From: Octopus vulgaris
Lineage: Eukaryota
Assembly (NCBI GenBank): GCA_951406725.2
Contig: OX597832.1
Span: 56,978,001-57,042,000 of the forward strand
DNA length: 64,000 nt
Reading direction: 5' to 3'
How positions within the stretch are numbered: the first letter of the stretch is position 1; each line of letters begins with the position of its first letter. A program made the position numbers and the translations under genes. This document shows, piece by piece, positions 1-12,029 of this stretch. Under the pieces are notes generated by a model. The model was given only the letters and a program-made list of their open reading frames with translations, was not told the origin of the DNA and made no database searches.

Positions 1-92
1 AGAGAGAGAGACAGAGAGAGATAAAGAGACAGATAGATAGATAGATAGATAGACAGAGAAAGAGAGAGAGAGACAGAGAGAGATAAAGAGAC

Positions 93-123
<31 letters not shown>

Positions 124-228
124 CAGAGAAAGAGATAGATATACAGACAGAGAGAGAGACAAAGAGATAGATAGATAGACAGAGAGAGAGAAAGAGATAG
201 ATAGATAGATAGATAGAAAGGGAGAGAG
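1..228. repeat. (AG)n/(AGAT)n/(AGAC)n compound microsatellite
   Basis: Direct reading: agagag, agatagat and agacag runs. Confidence 0.95.
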
Positions 229-1070
229 GTGAAGTGTTTTTGAGAGAGTGTATGAGTAAGTGTTTGCATTTTTGCACGTGTATGTGCATGTTTGAATACA
301 TGTGTGTGTGTGTGTGTGTGCATGCACATGTTGGAGAGTACATGTGTGTTTGAGAGTGTACAAGTTTCAGTGTGTGCATGGTTGAACGTGTTTGAGAGTG
401 TGTTTGATGATGCATGTGTGTCGGAGAGTGCGCATGGGGTTTAAGAGTGCATGCCTGTCTGAGGGTGCGTGCATATTTGGGTGGGTGCATGTGTGTATTT
501 GAGAGTGCATGTGTGTTTGAGAATACATACATGTTCGAGAGAGTGTGCGCATGTTTGAGAATGTGTGTGCATATTGCATATGCGCATATGTGAGTGTTTG
601 AGAGTGTGTGCATGTCTGAGTATGCACATAAGTGCTTGAGTGTGTTTGAGTGTGTGTGTGTGTGTCTGCGCATGTGTATTTGAGAGTGTGCATATGTTTG
701 AGTATGTGTGTATGTGAGTGTGTGTATGTTTCCATATGTGTGTAGGTGTCTCTCTGCATCTGCATGCACATTTGTGTCAGCATATGCATACAAGTATTTG
801 AGTGTGTGTGTGTGTATGTGTGTGCACATGTGTATTTGAGAGTGTGCATATGTTTGAGTATGTGTGTATGTGAGTTTGTGTGTATCTGAGTGTGTGTGTG
901 TGTGTGTGTGTGTTGTGTGTGTGTGTGTGTGTGTGTGTTACCATATGTGTGTAGGTGTCTCTCTGCATCCGCGTGCACATTTGTGTCAGCATATGCATGC
1001 ATGTATTTGTACATGTGCGTGTGAGCATCCATGTATATTCGCACTTATGTGTGTGCATCTGTGCGTATAT
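229..1070. repeat. Degenerate (TG)n/(TGCA)-rich low-complexity tract with an internal ~190-bp duplication
   Basis: tgtgtatttgagagtgtgcatatgtttgagtatgtgtgtatgtgag ... tgtgtaggtgtctctctgcatc occurs twice (~670-800 and ~830-1000). Confidence 0.85.
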
Positions 1071-1315
1071 CATCCGAAATGTTAAATTCCGTAAATGAAT
1101 CACTATTAGCGTTGGTTGCCAAGCACTAAGTTCTTCATTCACTTTAAATGACTTGCTGCTGTTAAAACACTTAATGAAATAGCAAACACTTATAGTTTTA
1201 GAAATCAACCAAGTTATTTGAATATCTCCTTTTAAAAATCCAAAAACTCCATTCAAATTCTAACAAATTATACATTTTATTTAGAATGTACACATGCCAC
1301 GCACAACACTCATTG

Positions 1316-1368
1316 CATATATATGTATGTATGTATGTATGTATTTATGTGTGTATGTATGTGTATGT

Positions 1369-1414
<46 letters not shown>

Positions 1415-1501
1415 ACATACAGACCACATAGAGATGCATGCATACATACACATGCCCACATATATATATATATATCATACACACACATAAACATACATGC
1501 C

Positions 1502-1564
<63 letters not shown>

Positions 1565-1569
1565 AGATA

Positions 1570-1604
<35 letters not shown>

Positions 1605-1695
1605 ACATATATATATGCATATCTATACATACATATATACAGACGCACATACACACATGTATATATATATATATATAAATGTACACACACACATA

Positions 1696-1747
<52 letters not shown>

Positions 1748-1813
1748 GTAATAATAATAATAATAATAATAATAGTAATAACAATAATAATAATAGTAAT
1801 AATAATAATAATA
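1316..1813. repeat. (TA)n/(TATG)n tracts followed by an (AAT)n microsatellite
   Basis: Direct reading. Confidence 0.95.
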
Positions 1814-1957
1814 GAGAAAAAGAGAGACAGCAATAAAGGAAATGCTTATTGTTTTCCGTGGAATTTTCTGATAAATATAAAGTAATATATGAGTTAATAA
1901 GAAAAGGTTCAAAGCAACAAGTCTCCTAACTGTCGAGACATCAGCAGGCAAGCTTAC

Positions 1958-1984
1958 CAATTCCATAATGGCATCACTTAATAC
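1958..1984 (-). CDS. Candidate 27-nt symmetric micro-exon (VLSDAIMEL), unconfirmed
   Basis: Minus strand reads ttatttttattttaaag|GTATTAAGTGATGCCATTATGGAATTG|gtaagc. It lies in non-repeat sequence and only phase 0 is stop-free. No partner exons were identified. Confidence 0.2.
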
Positions 1985-2483
1985 CTTTAAAATAAAAATA
2001 ATGTGGTGGAGCGGGGTGGTGGAAATTAATAGAAGAATATATATATATATGTTTGTGATTGTCTTTTGTCGTCTAGTTTTTGTTTTAACCGCCTTCGCTC
2101 TTTCCGTCATCAATTTTTGGAATCAGCCAAATTGTTTTTCTTTTTTTTACCATTTTTCGTTTCACAATGCCAATATTTTCATTCCATTTAAAGAAAAGTA
2201 TTTGCATTCCATTTAAAGAAAAGTAGATGGAATTCTCTTTTAATTATCCATCATTTATTTCATTTTCCTCCAAGATTTTGTGTGTATGTGTGTGTATGCA
2301 ACAAGAGTTGGTTAATCTTAGAAACAGCCTTTCAAAGATAATTCTACAAGAATAAAATTAGGATCTAATGGTTGCCTTAATTATTCAACATTACTGAAGA
2401 TGTTTCCTGTTGCAACAGTACATTTACATACATAAACATATGAAAGAGAATTCTGGGCTTATATAATTATCATTATTATAATT

Positions 2484-2690
2484 AGTGGCAAAATCGTTAG
2501 CATGCTGGGCGAAATGCTTAGTGACATTTCATCTGCTGCTACATTCTGAGTTCAAATTCTGCCAAAGTCGACTTTGCCTTTCATCCTTTTGGGGTTGATA
2601 AAATTAAGTACCAGTTGTGTACTGGGGTCAATCTAATCAACAGGCTGCTTCCCTCAAAATTTCAGGCCTTGTGCCTATATCAGAAAGGAT
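2484..2690 (+). mobile_element. tRNA-derived SINE family B (Meta-domain type)
   Basis: Head tggcaaaatcgttagc...ctgagttcaaattc (A/B boxes); core gtcgactttgcctttcatccttttggggttgataaaattaagtaccag; (TAT)n tail. Confidence 0.8.
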
Positions 2691-2694
2691 TATA

Positions 2695-2730
<36 letters not shown>

Positions 2731-2732
2731 TA

Positions 2733-2878
2733 GGTGGTATGCTGGCAGAATCGTGAGCACGGCGGACAAAATACTAAGTGGTATTTCGCCCATCTGAGAT
2801 CAAATCCTGCTAAGGTTGACTTTGCCTTTCAGCCTTCCACCTGAAATTTCAGGCCTTGTGCCTATGATAAAAAGGATT
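2733..2878 (+). mobile_element. SINE family B, internally deleted tandem copy
   Basis: Same head and same tail (aaatttcaggccttgtgcctat) as 2484-2690. Confidence 0.7.
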
Positions 2879-3190
2879 AGCGAAGGCGGAGGTGTTGCTT
2901 ACAGTCGTGTTTGTTTGTTTGTCCGTAGAAAGATATCTCAAGCTGGATAGATTCAGATGAAACTTTCAGAGATGTTTAGCTTCATGACTGGCGCGAACTG
3001 ATTAGAATTTGAGTGATCCGGTACCTGACAAAGATTCTGGATTATTTTTCCTCTTTTTTTTTTACTTAATTTATAAGAACGGTTGAGTTCATTTTTAGTA
3101 TTCTCGTTTGTGAGAGCAGTCGAGTTTATTTCAGATATTCTCATTTTAAAAATCATCTCTGGATAATTGTTGAGAAGACGTTGGTGTCTT
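2878..3190 (+). mobile_element. Helentron-associated non-autonomous element (HINE/DINE-like), partial
   Basis: agcgaaggcggaggt start and (GTTT)n; reverse complement of 6515-6885. Confidence 0.6.
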
Positions 3191-4268
3191 CTTCTTCTTC
3201 CAACAGGACTCATGCCATTAGCCACAAAGAATAATCTCTAATTCGAGCCTACTCTAAGCTACTAAAAATGCGTGTGGCATGCGATAGACTATGACAACAG
3301 GCACGAGCATGGCAGTATGCTTAAAGAATCAGCTTTCTAAGTTCAGTCCCACTGTTTGGCACCTTAAGCAAATGTCTTCTACTATAACTCCAAGAACACA
3401 ATCTGGAACAGAACCCGCTCAACCAAAACAAAAAAAAAATCATAAGCCTTAAATGGAAATGGTTGAATTACCTGGGAACCAGATTAGGGAGAACAAAATT
3501 GGTAATCAAAAATAAAAAAAGGAGCACATTTCCAAGGGCATATATTCTGGGTGTGGCAGGTGTGCATTGCAGACCCATCAAAAATGGCAAATTCATTATA
3601 AGTATTAACCTTACTCATTAATTTAAACACAAATCTTAATGGAAAACTTTTGTTACACCCCTGCTTGAAATTTTTTGGCACTGGGTGTGGCAACACACCA
3701 ACTACAACAACCACCATGTGCCACAGATCAGCTCCTCACCAGTGGATACTCTGTGTTACTGTGACGCAGATTCCACAATTTGTGGAAGAATTTTTTTGCA
3801 ATGCCCTCTGACAACAATTATCTATTTCTGCTGACCTTCTTTTATATAATGAAAAAGGTAAGGAAATTTATTCAGCTTGGGCAGAACAAGATTTCGTTCA
3901 CCATAAAATGAAACCGATAAGAAGTTATTTCTTCTTCTAAAGGAAAATTAATCTACAGAACACCATTCTAAAGGATTCTCTTTGGTATTAGTTTCTAGGG
4001 AATAGAGTAATGGAGCTCCGATTGTTGGTGGCCATACTATTATTTAGGAACATCAAAGGGAAAATTCCCTACTTTATTTCTGCAACCATGCTAGAGCAAT
4101 GTTAAGATTGATAGGTGACAAAAGCCTGTGTCAAAACACTTGTTGCCTTGTCATTTTTTCGTTTTTCATACCTGACTGATTGGTGTACAGGTAGCTACCT
4201 GCCATCACATATCATCTTCTGGCTTACAGACATGATGACTCCTCACTCTGCCTTTCCTTATATATGTG

Positions 4269-4301
<33 letters not shown>

Positions 4302-4448
4302 TTAAGTAGTTGAATGAATTATCCTAGTATGGATAATTCGGTTAACCGATAACCGGGTAGCAAATTTACGTCAGAAAGCACAGTTGAAGCTACATGCCAA
4401 GGGCAGAAATCACGTACTTTCGTGTGGAAATTTGTGTGTTTTTTTACT

Positions 4449-4534
4449 ATAGATAAATGAAAGAATGGAGTCAAACAACGATTTAACGATTTAAAGGAAT
4501 TTTGTTAAATCGTCATTCGACTCCATTCTTTCAT

Positions 4535-4542
<8 letters not shown>
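4449..4542. repeat. Palindrome with ~40-bp arms
   Basis: atagataaatgaaagaatggagtc...gatttaac / gttaaatc...gactccattctttcatttatctat. Confidence 0.85.
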
Positions 4543-4594
<52 letters not shown>

Positions 4595-4616
4595 ATATAT
4601 ATATATATATATATAT

Positions 4617-4890
4617 AAATTTAAATTAAGGGTAAAAAATTGAATATTTGATTAATATCAATTTAAAACCAGTGGTCTAGCATATTAAAATCTGAACATT
4701 CAGAAAATTATATTACATACATATAAAAGGTTTGACCACTATGTGGACAACCCTAATGCTAGAAGTAGATCTGTTATGGTGTTACCACTATGAAAGGAAT
4801 TTTCTTGAGAACATTCCTTTCATAGTGGTAAGACCATAATGGATCTACTTCTAGCATCAGGGTTGTCCACGTAGTGGTCATCCCTCTTAT

Positions 4891-4895
<5 letters not shown>
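4617..4895. mobile_element. Fold-back remnant of a probable Penelope-like pseudo-LTR, same family as 10150-10510
   Basis: ~70-80-bp inverted arms at 4733-4800 and 4813-4880. Segments match 10150-10240 and the reverse complement of 10440-10510. Flanked by (TA)n. Confidence 0.5.
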
Positions 4896-4947
<52 letters not shown>

Positions 4948-5470
4948 AAAATTCTATAATTATAAACATAATTATAATTAGGTTTCAACAAATTGCTTCA
5001 CCACATACTGAAATTTAGAAATAGCAGTTAAATGCTATTCCTCTACCATAAGATATCTCCCAGGCAGCTATAATCTTATATATATATATATATATATATA
5101 TTCATTCAACACGCAACTGTGTTCAAAATTTATCTTTCTCGTTACATCTTTTTATGTATATTCATCTTAGTTTCTTGCAGTAACTTTGCAACAATAAAGT
5201 TCCTAAATCTATATTCAACATTTCCAGACCTGTACAACATCATTTTAAAGAATGGAAATAAATTTGACGTCTGCAGTGCTTCTTATGTATTGGTCAAATG
5301 TTTTGTAGACTTTTCTGTCAAATCTATCTCAATTCTTGAAGGCCTAAAAATATTGTGTATTGATTTAGAAACTTTATAACTCCAAAGTAACGATGAGGAA
5401 CTGACATGAAACTAAGAAAAATCTATAATCAAAAAAGCTAAAACCAGAACGAATATATAAATATATATGT

Positions 5471-5506
<36 letters not shown>

Positions 5507-5512
<6 letters not shown>

Positions 5513-5664
5513 CTGTGTGGTAAGAAGCTTGCTTCCCAACCACATGCTTCTGGGTTCAGTCCCACTGTGTAACACCTTGGGCAAGTGTCTTATACTAAAG
5601 TACTATAGCTTCGAGCCAACCAAAGCCTTGTGAGTCGATTTGGTAGATAGAAACTGAAAAACTC

Positions 5665-5668
<4 letters not shown>
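5507..5668 (+). mobile_element. SINE family A (tRNA head + CORE-like), 5' part
   Basis: gtggctgtgtggtaag...gggttcagtccc...accttgggcaagtgtct. Confidence 0.8.
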
Positions 5669-6100
<432 letters not shown>

Positions 6101-6129
6101 AGATCACTTGCAATATATAAAAGTCATCA

Positions 6130-6360
6130 AGGCTGGCAAGCTGGTAGAATTGCTAGTACACTGAACAAACTTCTAAGCAGCCTGTCTTCTGGCTTTATGT
6201 TCTGAGTTCAAATTCCACCGAGGTTGACTTTGTCTTTCTTCCATTCAGGGTTGATAAAGTAACTACTAATTGAGCACTCGCAGGTGGTGGTGGGGGGATT
6301 GATGTAATCAATCAGCCCCCCTCCCCTAAAACTGCTGGCCTTGTGCCAAAATGTGGAACC
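6130..6360 (+). mobile_element. SINE family B
   Basis: ctgagttcaaattccaccgaggttgactttgtctttcttccattcagggttgataa. Confidence 0.75.
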
Positions 6361-6514
6361 AATATATGATAGTTATTCTAAAACAATATTATATAACATG
6401 AAGTAAAACTATATTCCAAATTGTTTAGTTGACAATGCAAGTATCCTGCAGCAAATCCTGTACCAAAAATTAGACTAATTAAACTGTATTAATAGCACAA
6501 AATAAATAAATAAA

Positions 6515-6885
6515 TAAACAAGAACACTCAAAGAGTGCAAACCTCCACCAAGGCAACACCAATGTCCTCTCAACGATTAGCCAGAGATGATTTTTAAAAT
6601 GAGAATATCTGAAATAAACTCAACTGCTCTCAAAAATGAGAATACTAAAAATGAACCTGACTGCTCTTAAAAATTAAGTAAAAAAAACAAAAAAAATAAT
6701 CCAGAATCATTGTCCAGTACCGGATCAATCCTAAGATCTAATCAGTTCGTGCCAGTCATGAGACCAAAGATTCCTGAAAGTTTTATCTGAATCCATCCAG
6801 CAGTTCTTGAGATATCTTGTCCATGGACAAACAAACAAATATGACTGAAAATAATACCTCAGCCTTCGCTAAGGCGGAGGTAATA
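6515..6885 (-). mobile_element. Helentron-associated non-autonomous element (HINE/DINE-like), near complete
   Basis: On the minus strand: sub-terminal inverted repeats acctccgcc...ggtggaggt, internal (GTTT)n, 3' hairpin cactc-ttt-gagtg, T-rich flanks. Confidence 0.65.
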
Positions 6886-7179
6886 AAATTAAAACGCAGA
6901 TAATGTGCTCTAATAACAAACAAAGACCAATCCTTGATTAGTGAAATGAGAATGAAGTCAACAATCAGAACATCAAACCCGGAGATAATTATTCTATTAA
7001 GGCATCACCCATACCAATTCTAGTCTTTTACAACACGGACTAATGTATTATCTGTAACAACTACGTCACTCAAAAGATAAAACTGAATTTCTAGGAAAGT
7101 CAAAAAAATCTAGGAATGTTTAAACTCTAAAGAGGCTATGCGTTAATAACAGCTAGAAGGAGGTGTTTTTTCCACTCAC

Positions 7180-7466
7180 CAAAGTGAATGTAGCTTTGGC
7201 CAGATCTGATATCATCAGATGGTATCCAACGTTCATTGGGTGTTTTGACACTGAACTGTAACAACCTCCCATTGTTGTGTCAGCAGAGGTGGCCAAATCC
7301 CTGCTCCTCATCTCCTCCTGGCTTCCAGCTTAATTCCTCTCTCTTGCTCCGAAGCCTAAAAGAGGCTCTTTCAGCTGTTTCTCCCATTCTGCGCACAGCC
7401 ACCCTTCGCTTCTTTTCTCTCATTTCAATGGCTGTAAGCATCCTCCATGCTGACTGGGCTTGGAAG
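7180..7466 (-). mobile_element. 3' end of a HERO-like (REL-endonuclease) non-LTR retrotransposon
   Basis: Minus-strand translation 7465-7280: FQAQSAWRMLTAIEMREKKRRVAVRRMGETAERASFRLRSKREELSWKPGG..., resembling the HERO C-terminal AERASxWLW motif. 3' UTR contains aaacacccaatgaa...atctgatgat. Confidence 0.6.
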
Positions 7467-7619
7467 ATGTTATTAGAAGATTAATGAGAAATTGTACAAA
7501 AATCTTTACTGAATAAAACTAAAAATTTAAGAATCAAAACGTCTGGCACATTTCATGCCAGATGCACAGGGACAGAAGAGCCTGCAGTCCCAGAGTCAGA
7601 ATATGTCAGTGATATAGAC

Positions 7620-7666
7620 ACAGGCATGGCTATGTGGTAAGAAGTATGCTTCCCAATTACTTGGGT

Positions 7667-7715
<49 letters not shown>

Positions 7716-7945
7716 TATGTGTGTGTATCTTTGTGTCTGTGTTTGTCCCTCACCACCACTTGTCAACTGGGGTTAGTGTGTTTATGTCCCCCATAACTTA
7801 GCAGTTCAGCAAAAGAGACTGATAGAATAAATACCAGTCATTTTAAAGATAAAAAAGGTTCTGAGTTCAATTTGTTGAACTGAAATTCTTCGGTATGTTG
7901 CCCCAGCATGGCCGCAGTCTAATGACTGAAACAAGCGAAAGATAA
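7620..7945 (+). mobile_element. SINE family A, internally deleted
   Basis: Head ggcatggctatgtggtaag; tail ccagcatggccgcagtctaatgactgaaacaag. Confidence 0.75.
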
Positions 7946-7982
7946 GCAATAAAAGATTTGGGAACTGTAATAACAATATTCT

Positions 7983-8215
7983 TATTTCTTTATTACCCAC
8001 AAGGGGCTAAACATAGAGGGAACAAACAAGGACAGACAAACGGATTAAGTCCATTACATCGAACCCAGTGCAAAACTGGTACTTAATTTATCGACCCCGG
8101 AAGGATGAAACGCAAAGTCGACCTCGACGGAATTTGAACTCAGAACGTAACGGCAGACGAAATACGGCTACGCATTTCACCCGGCATGCTAACATTTCTG
8201 CCAGCTTGCTACCTT
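7983..8215 (-). mobile_element. SINE family B, full length
   Basis: Near-identical to 24633-24860; ggtacttaatttatcgacccc...gtcgacctcg...atttgaactcag. Confidence 0.85.
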
Positions 8216-8569
8216 AATGTAATAACAATATTGCTAAGATGAAAAGAAAGAACATGCTCAATGACAGCAAGATGGCTTTCCTCTCAGCAACGCTGCTTAT
8301 GTATGCGCATATATTTTATAAGCGGCGCACAAAAGGTTTCCCTTCTTTGTGTGTGCACGCGTCTTGCAAGTAACAATACAAAGGAAAGAGAAACGAAGTG
8401 TGTGTGCATGAAGTTTTTCCAACATGAAACAGAGATCTTTTAAGTGAAGAAATTTCGCATGGATGCATATGTATTTTGCAAAGGAAGAGAAAATGCACAC
8501 ACGAGCAAATTCCTGCACACACTCATAGCTAAGAAAGAGAAATTAGATGCAACATTATCTGAGAATATA

Positions 8570-8780
8570 CCTTTTACCTTCTGTCTCAGCCATTGAACTG
8601 TTGCCATGCTGGAGCACCAGTTTGAAGGGTTTTAGTAGAAAAAAACAAACCCAGTACTTATGCTTTTAAATCTGGTCCTTATTATATCACTTGCTTTTGT
8701 TGAACTGCTTAGTTGTGGGGGCTGTAAACAAACCAGCACTGGCTGTTAAGTGATGGTGGGCGACAAACACAAACACACAC

Positions 8781-8829
<49 letters not shown>

Positions 8830-8990
8830 TGACCAGCTTTCACACAGAGTCCATCTATCAAATTTGCTCACAAGGTATTGGTTGGTGCAGGATTAGATTA
8901 GAAGATACTTGTCTAAGGTGCTGCATCGTGGAAGTGAACCTGAAACCATGAGGTTACAGAGAGCTTCTTAATCACATGGCCATGCCTGCA
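8570..8990 (-). mobile_element. SINE family A, diverged copy
   Basis: gccatgctggagcacc ... gaagatacttgtctaaggtg. Confidence 0.7.
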
Positions 8991-9104
8991 CCTGTACATA
9001 TATACTAGATACATACATACACATATGTACATATACTTATATATATATATATATACATATACACATTCATACACACACACATATATGTATGCATATACAT
9101 ACAT

Positions 9105-9360
9105 ATCATCATCATCATCATCATCATCGTTTAACGTCCGTTTTCCGCGCTAGCACGGGTTGGACGGTTCGACCGGGGTCTGGGAAGCCAGGGGCCGCTC
9201 CAGGCTCCAGTTTGATTCTGGCAGAGTTTCTATGGCTGGATGCCCTTCCTAACGCCAACCACTCCGTGAGTGGATTGGGTGCTTTTTACGTGCCACCTGC
9301 ACAGGGGCCGGGGGTCCGGCATCGGTCACGATCGGTTCGAGCTTTTAACGTGCCAGGGAC
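9105..9360 (-). mobile_element. Repeat family C (RTE-type 3' tail ending in (GAT)n)
   Basis: catcatcgtttaacgtccgttttcc...ggatgcccttcctaacgccaaccactc. Confidence 0.8.
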
Positions 9361-9875
9361 ACGGGGGCAACGGGATGCGGGGTAGAGTTGAGTTGGGGGG
9401 GGGTCCAGCTGAGAAAGGTTTCACCAGTGAAAAGAGAGGGAGAGATAGTAAAGGGGTGCAGGTAATATAGGGGAGCACCAGTGGGGAAGGTTGGGGGAGG
9501 AGGAACGATGGCAGGAAGGGTTGGTGAAGGTTCGTAAGAAATATAAACGTAGGATGTGTATATATATATATGGGTAGGTGTGGGGAAGGTTGGGTGGGTA
9601 AGGAGGAACGATGGCAGGAAGGGTTGGTGCAGGTTCGTAAGAAATAAAAACGTAGGATATTACGAGGCATGGAGGGGACTGGAAGGAGATAGTAGGATTG
9701 AGGCAGTGTCAGATTCAAAACAGGAGGAAGCGTAAGATCAGAGGGCGGTTGATGAGCTGAGACGCTAGCAGCTTGTCTTTTCTCAGTGAAAGCATATGAG
9801 GAGAAGGGGTAGGAAGGGGTGGTGGGGGAGGAGGAGGGAGTATCCGGTGTAGATGGTGAGAACAGTGTTCACCGG
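9360..9875 (-). mobile_element. GC-richer segment contiguous with the family C tail (probable LINE 5' region), with a ~70-bp internal duplication
   Basis: ggggaaggttggg...aggaggaacgatggcaggaagggttggtg...cgtaggat at ~9483-9555 and ~9581-9658. Confidence 0.35.
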
Positions 9876-10112
9876 TATTGGTGGTATTGGCGGTGGGGGG
9901 TATTGGTGGTGGTGGGGTGGTATTGGTGGTGGGGGTGGTATTGGTGGTGGGGGTGGTATTGGTGGTGGGGGTGGTATTGGTGGTGGGGGTGGTATTGGTG
10001 GTGGGGGTGGTATTGGTGGTATTGGTGGTGGGGGTGGTATTGGTGGTGGGGGTGGTATTGGTGGTATTGGTGGTGGTATTGGTGGTATTGGTGGTGGTAT
10101 TGGTGGTGGTAT
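9876..10112. repeat. G-rich minisatellite (GGTATTGGTGGTGGGGGT-type unit)
   Basis: Direct reading. Confidence 0.9.
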
Positions 10113-10149
10113 TATATATATATATATATATATATGCATATACATATAA

Positions 10150-10510
10150 GAAGTATGACCACTAGGTGGATTCTTAATATGCTAAAGGTAGACCCCATAT
10201 TGTCTGACCACTAAGAAAAATTGTTCTCAAGAAAATTCGGTAAACGCCAGAACGTAAAATATAGTGATTGGTCACATACCATGGTTTCATTGTTACCATT
10301 TTACATTACGTAAATGTCTGCAAATCCTCAGTGTGACCGTCATAGAAGATATAATTTACAGAACTATACATGAGACATCCTCCTGAGAGAGAACATGCAT
10401 ATAAGTTCTATCAATTGCATTTGGGGATATATTTCAAATGTCTAGGCCACTGGTTTAAATTGATATTAATCTAATTAATATCAATTTTTACCCTTATTAT
10501 TTAAATTTAT
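10150..10510 (+). mobile_element. Probable Penelope-like pseudo-LTR with a decayed hammerhead motif
   Basis: Related to 4617-4895; 10377-10428 reads ATCCTC CTGA-GA GAGAAC..GTTCT..TGCA..GGGGAT. Confidence 0.4.
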
Positions 10511-10518
10511 ACATATGT

Positions 10519-10820
10519 GGAGGCACATGGCCTAGTGGTTAGAGCAGCAGACTTGCGGTTGAGGGATTGTGGGTTCAAATCTCAGACTGGGCGATGTGTG
10601 TGTTTATGACCGAAACACCTAAGCTCCACGTGGCTCCAGCAGAAGGTAGTGGTGAACTTCTGCTGACTCTTTCGCCATAACTTTCTCTCACTCTTTCCTC
10701 CTGCATCTTGCAGCTCACCTGCGACGGACCGGGATTCCATCCATGTGGGGAACCTATACACCAAGGAAACCAGGAAACCAGCCCTTATGAGCCAGGCATG
10801 GCTCGAGAAGGAACAAACAT
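10519..10820 (+). mobile_element. tRNA-derived SINE family D (V-domain-like)
   Basis: tggcctagtggttagag...gggttcaaatc A/B boxes; tgcgacggaccgg...tcc core; second copy at 43201-43500. Confidence 0.85.
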
Positions 10821-11128
10821 ATATACATATATATATATATGATTAAAAAAATGTTGGTCTTATCGTTGTCATTTGTTCTAAGTCATTTGGATTATATTTC
10901 TTCTGGTTACTGCAATAACATAGTATCAAGCTATACTGAAGTGTCATTTGAGTCCAAGCCAAATCAATATCTAGCCCCAATTTAGGGGAAGAGAGGGTAG
11001 GTCTTTTTCGCACTCTGTATTGTTGGCCAAAAAGAGGATTTACATAGTGTGATACACTCTAAGGTCTTCAAAGACATGTATAATTGCACATCAATGTTAC
11101 TACATTCTTCACTCCAGGTAGTCAAAGC

Positions 11129-11760
11129 TTAAAAGGAATTTCTCCAAATTTGTCCAATGCTCAGGAACAATATATTGGTGAGAAACTGTTGGATCGTTTC
11201 TAGTTCAAGAGTGACCTTGATACGATGAAGATACCACAGATAGGATAATGGGAAGGCAATGATAACTAGTTTGGTTTCATTCTGCAGCAATTTAAATTTG
11301 ATATTTCTTTGTAACCAGATTTCATAGAAGCTCTGATTTGCAAAAACCATCTTTACTTTTCCATCATTCTGAAATTCAATGACAATCACCTGTAATTCAA
11401 ATTTTTGTTCTGTTTTGAATAACAATCAAGAATTTCCCTTTAATCAATGCATCAATTGATTGGAATGAGATTGCTGATTGTTATTCAAAATAGAATAGAT
11501 TCTTCCTTCAATTATTCTAGCTGTGTAAAGCAGGCCCTTAAATTACCATCTGTAAATAATGGTAAAATGCTTCATGTGAATGAGAATTGACAAGAGAATT
11601 GTACAGGTTAAACCTTCTTCTAAGGTTTAGCCTGTACAATCTTAATTTAAATTCTAAAACTGTGGGCTGCATTCTTAGTGTGTGTTGGCTAAAAGCTGGT
11701 TGTAAATTCAAATTCTTCATCATCTATAAATATCAGCAAAGTTATATCATTGAATAAAAT
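11129..11760 (-). pseudogene. hAT (Buster/Charlie-like) transposase fossil, C-terminal part
   Basis: ELQVIVIEFQNDGKVKMVFANQSFYEIWLQ...LVIIAFPLSYL resembles the hAT dimerisation region (FWLQ...LLIAFPxSYL); KLRLYRLNL upstream. Confidence 0.6.
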
Positions 11761-12029
11761 CAATATAACAAGGCAATACTATCAGAATAGAGAAAATCTT
11801 GAAAGATTGCTTCTCCATACTGAATGGGGTTCACCTGGCTGTCAAAAAGGTCTCCTATGAAACACTTCTTCCAGTTTTATACAACAGTGTTGCTGGGTTT
11901 TGGGGGATTTTTGTATTATTGTTAATATACGTATAAAAATCATGACAATCAGCCAGCAGAAGATACTTGACTTTATTGGCAGAAATGTGACTTACTCTTA
12001 CTTTGTTGATAAACAGCCTGAATTTGCAA

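Noticed and set aside
367-2113. Long His/Thr, Ile/Tyr and poly-Asn ORFs (also 5590-6113, 13669-14287, 26374-27165, 28498-29031, 46284-47359, 52059-52915, 60976-61480)
   Set aside because: Translations of di- and trinucleotide microsatellites that lack stops by composition
4380-4420. Hammerhead-like CAGTTGAAGC..TGCC AAG GGCA GAAA..GTACT
   Set aside because: CUGANGA core too degenerate to support
9783-10214. Poly-Pro / Gly-rich ORFs
   Set aside because: Translation of the G-rich minisatellite
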